From an uncultured bacterium (lineage in GTDB: Bacteria; Acidobacteriota; Thermoanaerobaculia; Multivoradales; JAHZIX01), in assembly GCA_965368975.1 (NCBI GenBank), contig CBDUPA010000024.1, positions 23,689 through 87,688 of the forward strand: a stretch of DNA of 64,000 bases, given 5' to 3'. Position 1 is the first letter of the stretch; every line of letters starts with the position of its first letter. The notes beneath the pieces are model-generated. The model searched no databases, had not been told where the DNA came from, and saw only the letters and a program-made list of their open reading frames with translations. Made by a program: the position numbers and the translations under genes. Positions 1-9,513 of this stretch are shown here, piece after piece.

Positions 1-173
1 TGCGTGGCCTGACCACGCGCAGCCTACGCACCGAACCGAATGCCGGTGGCGCAGCTCCCAATGCCGTGCGTCCGCCGCGCGGTACACGCTACGTGCCGCG
101 CAGCACGGGCAGCCTGGAACTGCAGTTGCTACCCGGACCAGGCCAGCAGAAAGACGAAGATCGGCAGACGTGA
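1..173 (+). CDS. 3' end of an unidentified CDS entering from the left edge (partial)
   Basis: Frame from position 3 is open (RGLTTRSLR...LELQLLPGPGQQKDEDRQT) to TGA 171-173. It converges on the hydrolase gene with a REP between them. No family motif seen. Confidence 0.35.
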   Translation, partial: RGLTTRSLRTEPNAGGAAPNAVRPPRGTRYVPRSTGSLELQLLPGPGQQKDEDRQT

Positions 174-196
174 GTTCCGGCTCCGAGGAAACTCCC

Positions 197-228
197 CTCT
201 GGGTAGGGGTACCCCCGTGTGGGTGCCC
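197..228 (+). repeat. GTAG-type REP-like palindromic element
   Basis: ctctggGTAGgggtacccccgtgtgggtgccc: GTAG followed by an imperfect GC hairpin. It matches the reverse complement of 57489-57520 at 30 of 32 positions and is intergenic. Confidence 0.8.
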
Positions 229-252
229 CACGGTATAGCCACATCCGATATC

Positions 253-1125
253 TCACTCCAGCGCGTCGAGGAACTTCAGCAGATCTCGCACGAACGCGTC
301 CGGCTGATCCAGGAAGGGCCAGTGGCCGGCATGCGCGATCGGCCAGTACTCGACGCCCGCCTCGCGCAGCCGCGAGCGCGAGAACTCGCCGGTGCCGCGT
401 GGATCGCCGAGCAGGTAGATCTGCGGCAGCGTCAGATTCGCCAGGCGTGCCGCCAACTCGCCGGTGTCGGACACCGCGGCGCCGGGTTCGGCCGCCTTCG
501 ACAGGGCGACCAGGTCCAGGCTGTTGCGGTGGTACTGCCGCGGGTCGCACAGGCGCAGGCTCGGGTAGTAGGTGCGTAGCGCCAGGTCTTCGACGCCGTC
601 GAGATAGAGCTGCTGGGCGATCGCCGCGAAGCCGTTGTTCACGAAATCGGCCAGCGAGTAGGCTGCCGCCTTGCTGCTGAAGCCGCAATCGTCGAGCGAG
701 ATGTTGCCCTCGACGTTGACGAAGGCGCGTACCAGCTCCGGTGCGCGCTCGCACAGCAGCAACCCGAGGACGCCGCCCATCGAATGTCCGACCAGTACCA
801 CCGGTGCCTCACCGCGGCCGCGCAGCCAGGCGGCGAGGAGGTCGGCGAGGCCGTCGAGGTCGAGGGGCTGCTCGCGCCAGGGGGTCTTGCCATAGCCCGG
901 CAGGTCGACCGCCAGCTGCCGCCAAGCTGCCAGCCGCGGATCGGCCAGCTGGTTCTCGAAGCCAAGGCCGGATTCTCCCAGGCCATGGATGTAGAGCAGC
1001 GTGCCGAGGGGTTGGGTGCCGAGGGGCTGCGCATCCGCGGCAGCGGCCTCGCACGTGCTGCGCAAGTAGAGGCCGTCTGTGAAGCCATGCTGTACCAGGC
1101 CGTTTCGTACCTTGATCGACTCCAA
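253..1125 (-). CDS. Alpha/beta-fold hydrolase
   Basis: YIHGLG oxyanion motif, DLPGYG, nucleophile elbow GHSMGG, C-terminal AGHWP histidine. Confidence 0.9.
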   Translation of the reverse strand: MESIKVRNGLVQHGFTDGLYLRSTCEAAAADAQPLGTQPLGTLLYIHGLGESGLGFENQLADPRLAAWRQLAVDLPGYGKTPWREQPLDLDGLADLLAAWLRGRGEAPVVLVGHSMGGVLGLLLCERAPELVRAFVNVEGNISLDDCGFSSKAAAYSLADFVNNGFAAIAQQLYLDGVEDLALRTYYPSLRLCDPRQYHRNSLDLVALSKAAEPGAAVSDTGELAARLANLTLPQIYLLGDPRGTGEFSRSRLREAGVEYWPIAHAGHWPFLDQPDAFVRDLLKFLDALE

Positions 1126-1453
1126 GAGTGAACTCCTTTCGCAGCGATTCTACCGGTGTGGCCTCGAAGATGACACGATTCCTTGCTTCATGAATAGTCT
1201 TATGCTAATTTCTCTATGTCTCATCCTCTCCGACGAGTCACCCGAAGCTGGTTCGAGGCTTCGTGTCTGGGAGGAGGGACCCCATACAGTCATCCCACCC
1301 CGTTTCCTGCCCCATCCGGCGGCGAGCGTCAGGCTTCATTGTCTGGCTCGCCGCTCTTGCCGTATGCCTGGGAATCGCCGCGCTTGCATCGAAGGTTCCG
1401 GCGCGGGCGCCGTGGCCGCAGGTGGAATCGAGGTTTGCTAAGCTGTCGCGGCC

Positions 1454-2851
1454 ATGCGCGTCTGTTTCACCAACCTCGGCTGCAAGCTCAACCAGGCGGA
1501 GCTGGAGAAGATGGCGCGGCAGTTTCATGCCGCCGGCCACCAAGTCGTAGCGACGCTCGACCGTGCCGACCTGCACGTCATCAACACCTGCACCGTCACC
1601 CACATGGCCGCCCGTGGCTCGCGCAAGCTCGCGCGCCGCGGCAGCCGCCACCATCCGGGCCTGCGCACCGTGCTCACCGGTTGCTATGTGAGCGAGCAGC
1701 CGGAGCAAGCCGCCGAATTGGCCGGCGTCGACCTGGTGGTGCCCAACGACGTCAAGGATGAACTCTTGGCGCGCGTTCACGCCGCCTTCCCGGACGAGGT
1801 CCCCGAGCAGCTGCACGGGCACCTGCAGGGACGTCCCGGCGACCTGCCCTACCTGCCCGAAGTCGCAGGCACCTGGGGGCCGCTCGAGTTCGGCAACACG
1901 CGCGGCCTGGTGAAGGTCGAGGACGGCTGCAACATGCGCTGCTCCTTCTGCATCATCCCGTTCACTCGCGGACGCCAGCACAGCCGTCCGTTGACCGACT
2001 GTGTTGCCGAAGTGCAGGCGCTGGCCGAAGGTGGCTACCAGGAAGTCGTCGTCACTGGCGTCCAGATCTCCTCCTACCGCACCCCCGAGGGTGAACGCCT
2101 CTACGACCTCGTGCACGCCCTGCTCGCCGACACCGACATCCCGCGCCTGCGCCTGACCTCCATCGCCCCCTGGCAGCTCGACCGTCGATTGCTGCGCCTC
2201 TGGTCCGAAGCCGGCAGCGCGCGTGGCGGTCGCCAGGGGACAAGCCACCACGGAGCAAGCCACCAGGGGACGAGCCACAGGGGCACCCGACTGTGCCGTC
2301 ACGTCCACTTCTCCCTGCAGAGCGGCAGCACCGAAACCCTGCATCGCATGCGCCGCCCCTACACGGCCGAGCAGTACGCCGACCTGCTGGCCGAAGTGCG
2401 CGACGCCGTCCCCGGCATGGCCGTCACTACCGACGTCATCGTCGGTTTCCCGGGCGAGACCGACGCGGAGTTCGATGACAACCTCGCCTTCACCCAGCGC
2501 ATGGTCTTCGCCAAGGTCCACGCCTTCCCCTACTCCAGCCGCCCCGGCACCCTCGCCGCCAACCTGCCGGACCACGTCGAGCACAGCGTCAAGCGCGAAC
2601 GCATGGCCCGCATGTTGGCGGTCACCGAGGCTGCGGAAGAAGACTTCCGCCGTGCCCAGTTGGGGCAAACAGCGGAAGTGTTGTGGGAGGGAGCGAGAGA
2701 GGGAGTGTGGCAGGGGATGACCGACAACTACCTGCGTGTCTTTACTGAGAGTAGCGAGGATCTGGGGAATCGTCTGCTGCCGGTGCAGCTGGAAGAGATG
2801 GTCGATGGGGGCGTCAAGGGACGGGTGCTCAGCGGTAGACGAGCTGCGTAG
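1454..2851 (+). CDS. mtaB: tRNA t6A37 methylthiotransferase MtaB (radical SAM, MiaB-like family)
   Basis: N-terminal LGCKLNQAE and INTCTVT, LTGCY; radical SAM motif GCNMRCSFC; HFSLQSGS, TTDVIVGFPGET, HAFPYSSRPGT; C-terminal G-x-TDNY. Confidence 0.88.
   Translation: MRVCFTNLGCKLNQAELEKMARQFHAAGHQVVATLDRADLHVINTCTVTHMAARGSRKLARRGSRHHPGLRTVLTGCYVSEQPEQAAELAGVDLVVPNDVKDELLARVHAAFPDEVPEQLHGHLQGRPGDLPYLPEVAGTWGPLEFGNTRGLVKVEDGCNMRCSFCIIPFTRGRQHSRPLTDCVAEVQALAEGGYQEVVVTGVQISSYRTPEGERLYDLVHALLADTDIPRLRLTSIAPWQLDRRLLRLWSEAGSARGGRQGTSHHGASHQGTSHRGTRLCRHVHFSLQSGSTETLHRMRRPYTAEQYADLLAEVRDAVPGMAVTTDVIVGFPGETDAEFDDNLAFTQRMVFAKVHAFPYSSRPGTLAANLPDHVEHSVKRERMARMLAVTEAAEEDFRRAQLGQTAEVLWEGAREGVWQGMTDNYLRVFTESSEDLGNRLLPVQLEEMVDGGVKGRVLSGRRAA
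2231..2287 (+). repeat. In-frame 15-bp tandem repeat in mtaB (QGTSH HGASH QGTSH RGT)
   Basis: caggggacaagccac / cacggagcaagccac / caggggacgagccac / aggggcacc, inserted just before RLCRHVH. Confidence 0.8.
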
Positions 2852-4682
2852 CTTTGGGTAAGGGTGGCGGCGCGTCGGGCTGGGCGAGCAGCATGTAGGC
2901 GAGCCACGCCGTGCCGCCCTTGCGCGCCACCACCCAGCGTGCGATACGTAGGGCACGAGCGACTGTCCGGCCGCCGGCGATGGCCCGGTAGAAGACGCGG
3001 GCCAAGATGGCCGCTTGACTATCCGGAACTTCCCAGCGAGTGCCGATGAAAGCGGCGGCACCGACCTCGAGGAAGCGCTCGGCGAAGCCGACGTCCCGGG
3101 TCAGGGCGAGGCCGGCTTGCCCGGACTTGCAACCGTTGAGGAAGACTAGGGGGTGACCGAGGCCCAGATCTCCGGCGCTACCGTTGAGGTCGACAGGGGT
3201 AAACTCTTCGCTGGCTTCCAGATGTAAGGCGTTGCGCAGCGGGTTAGTACTGGAAGCGGTCGCATGACCAGCGTAGTGAATGAGGTGGAAGTCGCCTCTC
3301 GACAGGGCGCTGGTCACCGCGTTGCGGCGCGCCACCACGTGCTGCCACTCGGGAGGATCTGCCAGGCCAAAAGATGCGGGTGTCAGGCGTGAGGCTTCCG
3401 GAAGCTTCGAGTCACCGGGCACGATGAGCAGAGCCTTGCGCCAGCGCGCTAGTTTGTAGGCCTGGGCCTTGGAGTGCCAGCGCGTCACCTCGAAGCGTTC
3501 ACACAGCATGCCGAAGACTTCCACTCGACCCTGTGCATTCTTGCTCTGCAAGGTGCAAAGTTCCCAGGGGACCCAGCTCTCGTCCGAGTGAATGTGCAGC
3601 GTCCGAATGTGATTACGGTGCTGCCATAGGAGGGCCTGGATTTCTGCCGGGAGCAGTTGATCGGTCAACTCGAAGCCCAGGTTGCGCAGATGCTGGCGAG
3701 ACGGTTGCTTCAAGTCTTGCAGGTCCCGCAACAGTGGCCTCAGGAACTCCTGCGGATCTTGAGTCAACCACAAGGGCTCGGAGGCTTCGAAGTGAAATCC
3801 GATTGGCTGCGAGTGAGCGCGGACCACCCAGCCTTGACGTCCGTGTCGCCAGGTCCGACGAATGATCAGGTCGATGTCGGGTGCTGCGTTGCGCAGGCCG
3901 TCGAGATCTACGGACGACAAGGTTGCATTGTGCGTAGAGTGGCTTGCCGCCCGCATCTGCTTCGGCTCCGCCGTTACCTCCACCCTCAGCGTCAACTTGC
4001 CCAGTGCTTGACCCTCGTGAAAGGCATAGATCAGGACCTTCGTGTTTCCGGTCTTCACGGCTCTGATCTTGAATTGCTCTGCGGGGGAATCTTTATCGGC
4101 ATCGAAGATCAGAGTTGCCTCCCGCCGTTTGCCCCGCTCCAGTCCCGGTTCGACCTCGATCACTACGTCGACCTCGGCGCCCGGTGGCAAGTAGATCGGC
4201 ATGGCGTCGAAGGCGTAGACGACCTCGGGTGTGAGGTAGACGAGGAGAGATGCAGTGTCACCGAGAACAAGCTGCTGCGGGAATTTCGCGTGCAGCGAGC
4301 CCGACACCCTCCCGCCGCTGCGCGCGCTGCGCGTCGGCCCCAGGGACCGCAGCTCGGGCGCGAGAAAGCCATAGACCTCACCGTCGTCATCGAGCACAAC
4401 GCAAGTCTCGAGGGCCTGCTCGATCGGCAGGTTCCACGAGACCTGTTCTACTGCCTGTAGCTGGCCGAGTTGCAGCGCCTGCGCCAGTGGCTCATCAGTG
4501 TCGAGACGCAGGTGGCGCAGTGTCCGCCGGCTGAGCAGGTAGTAGAGCGCTCCGTGCTCGTCCTGCCGGCGCACGAGGACGTGGGTGAAGTCGACCTCTA
4601 CCAGCCACTGCCCCAGACGCCGAGCCAGTTCGTCGGCGTCCAGGAGCAGGAAGCTGTGGTGCGCGGCTGTGCGTAGGGTCAT
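2829..4682 (-). CDS. CHAT-domain (caspase-like, clan CD) protease with uncharacterised N-terminal and Ig-like middle regions
   Basis: VPWEL motif; catalytic dyad motifs IHYAGHA and VFLNGCKSG; GAAAFIGTRWEVPD; ATGA overlap with upstream gene at 4679-4682; no signal peptide seen. Confidence 0.88.
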   Translation of the reverse strand: MTLRTAAHHSFLLLDADELARRLGQWLVEVDFTHVLVRRQDEHGALYYLLSRRTLRHLRLDTDEPLAQALQLGQLQAVEQVSWNLPIEQALETCVVLDDDGEVYGFLAPELRSLGPTRSARSGGRVSGSLHAKFPQQLVLGDTASLLVYLTPEVVYAFDAMPIYLPPGAEVDVVIEVEPGLERGKRREATLIFDADKDSPAEQFKIRAVKTGNTKVLIYAFHEGQALGKLTLRVEVTAEPKQMRAASHSTHNATLSSVDLDGLRNAAPDIDLIIRRTWRHGRQGWVVRAHSQPIGFHFEASEPLWLTQDPQEFLRPLLRDLQDLKQPSRQHLRNLGFELTDQLLPAEIQALLWQHRNHIRTLHIHSDESWVPWELCTLQSKNAQGRVEVFGMLCERFEVTRWHSKAQAYKLARWRKALLIVPGDSKLPEASRLTPASFGLADPPEWQHVVARRNAVTSALSRGDFHLIHYAGHATASSTNPLRNALHLEASEEFTPVDLNGSAGDLGLGHPLVFLNGCKSGQAGLALTRDVGFAERFLEVGAAAFIGTRWEVPDSQAAILARVFYRAIAGGRTVARALRIARWVVARKGGTAWLAYMLLAQPDAPPPLPKATQLVYR

Positions 4683-6295
4683 GGCTCGAGGTCAGGTGAA
4701 CCTGAAAGCGGCACTGTCTGATGGTAGCCCGCTCGCTTCAGATGTCCGCCAAGCAACCGGGTCGCCGGATCGCCCAGTAGTACGAAGTTGCGCGCGTCGT
4801 TGTTGGCCAGCCACAGCGCGTTCTCATCACGCGCAACCAATTGGGTGTTGCGGTTGGGGTCGATCTCGGCGTTGAGCATCGTGGAAAGCTGAGAGTGACG
4901 CGAGTTCAGCCATTCCATGGCGTAGCCGGTGGTGTAGCCCATCATCAGGGAACGCAACACGGCTTCGTAAGTGATCAGCTCACTGCTTTCGCCGAGGAAC
5001 GAGAATGAGGTCTCCCAGGCGCGATCGACGTGGCCGATGAAGGCGGTCGCACCGTTGGCGAGCAGCTCTTGTGGCAGCTTGGCCAGGAAGGGCTCTTCGG
5101 CGCTGAAGTCGGTGCCGTGGCGGTTCTGCTGTCGGAAGTGGTCATAGTTCGGGGTGCCGGCGCCGAAGCAGCTGAACTGGAAGAACACCCGTCCCAGCAA
5201 CTCCATGTCTCGGCTGAGATCGCCGGCATGGAAGCACTGTCCCACTTCGGGTGGGTGACCGAGGCCGGGCCAATCCTGGCACAGCAAGGCACCTTGCTGG
5301 CTTTGCTGCAAGGGGTGGCTGCGCGGGTAGGCGAGACCATGCCCACCGAGGAAAGTACAAGCGGAGTTGCTGCTGCCAGCGAGCAATGACGCAAGTTGCT
5401 GCTTAGAAGCCTGATCCCCGAGGTAGCGGTGAATTTCCCACGCTTCCGGGATCTTCTCCAGGCGTTGGATGAGCGGAAGGATCAACTCCGCTTGCATCAA
5501 CTGAGTCGCCACGTCACGGGGGTTGCGAGCGGCAAAAAAGTCAATTCCCGGTTCGAGAGGACACCGTTGCTGTTCCGCACGCACGATGTTCTGCGCGTAG
5601 CGGGCGTAGTCCTCGATATCGTCGAAGTGCAGTCGGCCGACGGCATATTGGACGTCGAGTTCGAACTGTAGCTGATAGGGAATTTCGGCTGGACTTCCGA
5701 CCAGTAGGATGAAGTAGGGCAGAGTCTCGGCATCCGGCGGACCCAAGCCGACGCCGACACGGCGCAGGAACTGGAAGGTCGATTCTCCTGGGCGGTAGCC
5801 GTCCGGCCCACTCCAGATCTTGTAGCGCTTTCCAGCTTCGTCTTCTCGATGGTCCAGCAGGCGCCGGAGCTTGTGCTCGATCTTGGGATCAGCATGTTGA
5901 GGGATGACCACGGCCCAGCCCGCTTCGTCCAGCCGCTGGTGGTTCACCCACGGCACGGGTGCACGCCTGGGCTCTAGCTTGGTGAGACGGTGTATCCGCT
6001 CGACCCAGCGCCGGATCCAGTCCAGGATCGTCTTATCTTTGGGTGGGGGAGTGCCGAAGCGGGCAGCATGAATCTCGTCCCAGCTCAAGGGGGGAGCCAA
6101 GTACTCGCCACACCGGGCGTCGATGCCATTGAGATAGACCCACTCGCCGGGGGGAGGGAAGTCGAGATACGCAGCTTGCGGGTCTTCGCCTTCCCCCTTC
6201 GGGGTCTCTTCGATTGAGCCGGGATCTTCGCGCCAACGTTTGCGCCACGTTGGGAGGACCGATCGAAACTCCTTCTCTGACGGTTCCTGCATCAT
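4679..6295 (-). CDS. Peptidase C25 (gingipain-like, clan CD) family protein
   Basis: LPYFILLVGSPAEIPY...YAVGRL, FLGGHG (His), FQFSCFGAG (Cys), FIGHVDRAW, FVLLGDP. Start placed at ATG 6295 (ATGA overlap with upstream stop, GGAGAGG RBS). Confidence 0.8.
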   Translation of the reverse strand: MMQEPSEKEFRSVLPTWRKRWREDPGSIEETPKGEGEDPQAAYLDFPPPGEWVYLNGIDARCGEYLAPPLSWDEIHAARFGTPPPKDKTILDWIRRWVERIHRLTKLEPRRAPVPWVNHQRLDEAGWAVVIPQHADPKIEHKLRRLLDHREDEAGKRYKIWSGPDGYRPGESTFQFLRRVGVGLGPPDAETLPYFILLVGSPAEIPYQLQFELDVQYAVGRLHFDDIEDYARYAQNIVRAEQQRCPLEPGIDFFAARNPRDVATQLMQAELILPLIQRLEKIPEAWEIHRYLGDQASKQQLASLLAGSSNSACTFLGGHGLAYPRSHPLQQSQQGALLCQDWPGLGHPPEVGQCFHAGDLSRDMELLGRVFFQFSCFGAGTPNYDHFRQQNRHGTDFSAEEPFLAKLPQELLANGATAFIGHVDRAWETSFSFLGESSELITYEAVLRSLMMGYTTGYAMEWLNSRHSQLSTMLNAEIDPNRNTQLVARDENALWLANNDARNFVLLGDPATRLLGGHLKRAGYHQTVPLSGSPDLEP

Positions 6296-9200
6296 CGCGT
6301 TTTTCCTCTCCAATCGCCGAGGTGGATAAAGCCCGCCCAGTGTGACACTGGCATGCCGTTCTCAATCAGCTGCTTCTGCGCTGCCCGCAGCGCTGCGGCG
6401 GGGCGCAGGCCCTGCTGGTACATGCCGCTGTAGAAGCGCGTCATCAAGTCTGCTGTGGCGTTGTCATCGACCTTCCACACACTCACCACCAGACGCGGTG
6501 CGCCGGCAACCAGGAAGGCGTGTGCCAGGCTCTGGACGCCTTCGCCGCGTAGCTCTCTGCCCTGGCCCGTATCGCATGCGCTGAGCACCACCAAGTCTGC
6601 TCGCAACCGAAGGCGGGCGATCCGCTGGACATAAAGGTAGCCGTCCTGGGCTTCGCCTTGTTCGTTCCACAGCGACAACACCAGTCCGGAGAGTTCCGGA
6701 TGCTGGTTGTGTACTAGGCCGTGCGTAGCGAAGTGCAGGATCCGGAAGTCGTCTAGCTGAACTCGGTCGAGGGTGGTTCGGCTGGCTGTAAAGCCCAGAG
6801 CCGAGAACGCGGGCCGGTCCCCGATCAGCGCGAGTATGGCTTCTGCCTCGCGCCGGGTACCAGGTAGGCGCGGCAAAGTGACGCGCCCATCGCTCAAGGC
6901 CCCGCGCAGGCGTTCACTCGGGATGTCTAGCTTTGTCGCAGTGTTACCGTTCCGTGGGTCGCTGGAGGAGTACACCGCGTCGGCGAGCAAGAACAAGTCC
7001 TGAGAAGGGGTCGTACGCTGCTCCAGGATGGGTTGTAGTGCGGCGAGGACGGTCACTGATGGAACCTGGACTACTTCGTAATCCTGGATCAGGAAGTTGC
7101 TTCCGCCACCAGGGGCGCGGAGGGCAGCGAAGGGGAGAGCGTGTAGCGGCCCGTCTGCACTGATCACCAAGCGAGATTTTGGCGCCCAGCGCGCTAGCGG
7201 GCCGAGCAGGATCGTGCTGAGGTCGGCTTCCAATGCTCCCGCGGTAGTTGCGCCCTGACTCCAAGCATCGTGCAGTCGACGAACCTTCTGTTCCAACTCG
7301 GAGCGAGGTGGTAACCGAGCGTGTTGGAATTGGTGGTCGTCGATGTACCAAAGGTGACTTTGGTTTTCTCCAAGCTGATAGCTGACGAGGGCGGTGTCTT
7401 CGTTGAGCCAGTCTGCGCGTAGCTGTTGCAGTGTCAGAGAAGGTGGGTCGTTGAGATTCCGATAGTGGCGGCTGTCGACGCGGATCTCTGCATCGAGCAT
7501 CTTGTACTGGTGCTGGACGGCGGTCAGTTGCGTCTCGATGGCCTCACGCTGCTCGGCAGGTACCTGCGGGCGCATCGTCCTCAAGCGTCGCTCCTGGAGC
7601 TCGTCGATCTCGGTCTCCAGGTCGCGCAGCCGGGCCAGAGTTGCCGGGGCGACATCGCTGTAGAGATCGACGTGCTGTTCCTGGAGCTGGTCGAGAAGGA
7701 GACGGGCCTTGGCACGGTCGGAGGCCTGCCAGGCGAGAACGCTGTAGTCCGGCAAGTCCGGACCGCTTTCGGCGATTACCACTGCTTCGGCCTCGAGTCG
7801 GATTCGATCGTCCATCGGAGGAGACGGTTGACCGAGTTCCGCCAAGACCTCGACGTGGAGCTCGTGGTAATGGTGCTTGATCGCCTGGAGCTCGCCGCGC
7901 AGCTGGCGATTCGGGTGTTGCTGGCGCAGTTGCTCCGTGAGTCCTAGGGCGCGCTCGATGTGATGGAGTGCCGTCTGGAGGTCACGCTGCTGGCGTTGAA
8001 CCCAAGCGAGGCCGAAGTGGCAGGATGCTTGGACTTGAAGGATTTTTTGCTCTTCGGCGAGTTTCAGGGCCGAGTCGAAATGGGCAATCGACCCTTCGAG
8101 GTCGCCGGTCAAGCCGAGCGTTCGGCCCAGGTTGGCTCGAGCCAAGGCGATTCCAGGTGGAAATTTCGCCTTCTCAGCCAGTTCGACGGCCTGTTGGAGG
8201 TACCGAACGCTTTCGTCGTAGCCACCGAAGCGTCGGTACAGCTGGCCCAGGCTGTTGAGCGCCTGCAGCTGACCAGCAACCAGCCCATGCTGGCTGAAGA
8301 AATCCAGGGCCTGGCGATGGCTGGCTGCGGCGGTGCGCAGGTTGTTTCCCGCTTCTGCCAGGCGGGCGCGCGCTAGGATCACCTCGTCGCGAAGGGTAGG
8401 AGGCAAGCTCTCCAGGTCGGCGATAGGGTCGAGTAGATGGGCCGCATCGTCTGCCAGGTTGAGGGTCAGGTAGACGTTGGCGGCGCGAACGCGCAGGCGG
8501 ATCTCCATCTCCCGCCTCGCCGGCTGCATTTCGGCTCGTGCGAGGGCGTCGAGATAGAGGCGCAAGGCCTGTTCCTGCTCGCCGAAGAGTTCGCGTACCT
8601 GCCCCTCGTTCTGCAGGGCAGCCGCAAGGCCGGCTTCATCTTGGTGCTGGGTCGCAAGCTGGCCGGCCTGTTGGAAGTGCGCGATGGCGGTGGTCGCATC
8701 TCCGGCCTTGCGCAGTGCCTCACCGAGATCGTTGTGGATGGTCACGAGCCAGATCTCACCCTCTGTGCCCAACTCTTCGAAGTGACCGCGTGCTGCCTCC
8801 AGTGGCACCAGGGCGGCCCCGCTCTGGTTGGCTCGCAGCAGTGCCTTTCCTTGCGCGCGCAAACTGAAGGCCAACCAGTCGCGCACCTGCAATTGCTGCC
8901 AGAGTTCGGCGGCAACGGCGAACTCGCTGGCTGCGACTAGATGATCGGTAGCTCGAAGCAGGCGTCCACGCGCGTAAGCCCTCTCGGCGTCCTGCTGTTG
9001 ATGATGAACAGGGCCAACCGGGCTTTCGATTCGCAACGTGATCCGGCAGGTTCCGCTGCTGACTGCCGTCGAGGCGATGCGCAGTTGACGGCGGATCGTC
9101 TGTGCCCCATGGTGAACCACAGACAGCCTCTCGGTGCCACGGATGCTGGTCGGACGGTCCACCTCGATCTCGACGTTGCCCTCGGCATCGAGCAATCGGA

Positions 9201-9453
9201 GCGCGACATCTACTCCTTGTTGTTCCGCCTCGATTTGACCAAAGGTGTTCGGTGGTAGGTCGAATTCGAAGTCCTGCCTGTCTTCGGCTGCGAAAGCAGT
9301 CGTAACAGGGGTGTCGGGAAGCAGCAGCATAGACTCCTCCGAAAGGGAACGCGAAGAGTGGTCTCCAGGCACACCTGGAACAATGCTGGCCAACGCTAGG
9401 AACAGACCGCCCGCCAGCTGCGAGAACGAAAACCGAATCGGGAATACACGCAT
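6292..9453 (-). CDS. TPR-CHAT protease with N-terminal signal-like segment and PPC-like domain
   Basis: Hydrophobic N-terminus; EQQGVDVAL PPC-like region; many TPRs (e.g. ALNSLGQLY, ARANLG); coiled coil; DGPLHALPFAAL, LPGTRREA, ILHFATHG (His), LVVLSACDTG (Cys), VSVWKVDD, HWAGF. Confidence 0.93.
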   Translation of the reverse strand: MRVFPIRFSFSQLAGGLFLALASIVPGVPGDHSSRSLSEESMLLLPDTPVTTAFAAEDRQDFEFDLPPNTFGQIEAEQQGVDVALRLLDAEGNVEIEVDRPTSIRGTERLSVVHHGAQTIRRQLRIASTAVSSGTCRITLRIESPVGPVHHQQQDAERAYARGRLLRATDHLVAASEFAVAAELWQQLQVRDWLAFSLRAQGKALLRANQSGAALVPLEAARGHFEELGTEGEIWLVTIHNDLGEALRKAGDATTAIAHFQQAGQLATQHQDEAGLAAALQNEGQVRELFGEQEQALRLYLDALARAEMQPARREMEIRLRVRAANVYLTLNLADDAAHLLDPIADLESLPPTLRDEVILARARLAEAGNNLRTAAASHRQALDFFSQHGLVAGQLQALNSLGQLYRRFGGYDESVRYLQQAVELAEKAKFPPGIALARANLGRTLGLTGDLEGSIAHFDSALKLAEEQKILQVQASCHFGLAWVQRQQRDLQTALHHIERALGLTEQLRQQHPNRQLRGELQAIKHHYHELHVEVLAELGQPSPPMDDRIRLEAEAVVIAESGPDLPDYSVLAWQASDRAKARLLLDQLQEQHVDLYSDVAPATLARLRDLETEIDELQERRLRTMRPQVPAEQREAIETQLTAVQHQYKMLDAEIRVDSRHYRNLNDPPSLTLQQLRADWLNEDTALVSYQLGENQSHLWYIDDHQFQHARLPPRSELEQKVRRLHDAWSQGATTAGALEADLSTILLGPLARWAPKSRLVISADGPLHALPFAALRAPGGGSNFLIQDYEVVQVPSVTVLAALQPILEQRTTPSQDLFLLADAVYSSSDPRNGNTATKLDIPSERLRGALSDGRVTLPRLPGTRREAEAILALIGDRPAFSALGFTASRTTLDRVQLDDFRILHFATHGLVHNQHPELSGLVLSLWNEQGEAQDGYLYVQRIARLRLRADLVVLSACDTGQGRELRGEGVQSLAHAFLVAGAPRLVVSVWKVDDNATADLMTRFYSGMYQQGLRPAAALRAAQKQLIENGMPVSHWAGFIHLGDWRGKTR

Positions 9454-9513
9454 CGCTAGACTACGCGAGATCGGCGTCCGAAAGAGACCAGACCCGGCAT
9501 GCCCCCCTCGTGT

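Noticed and set aside
1238-3061. 607-aa minus-strand ORF
   Set aside because: Antisense to mtaB; no recognisable domain.
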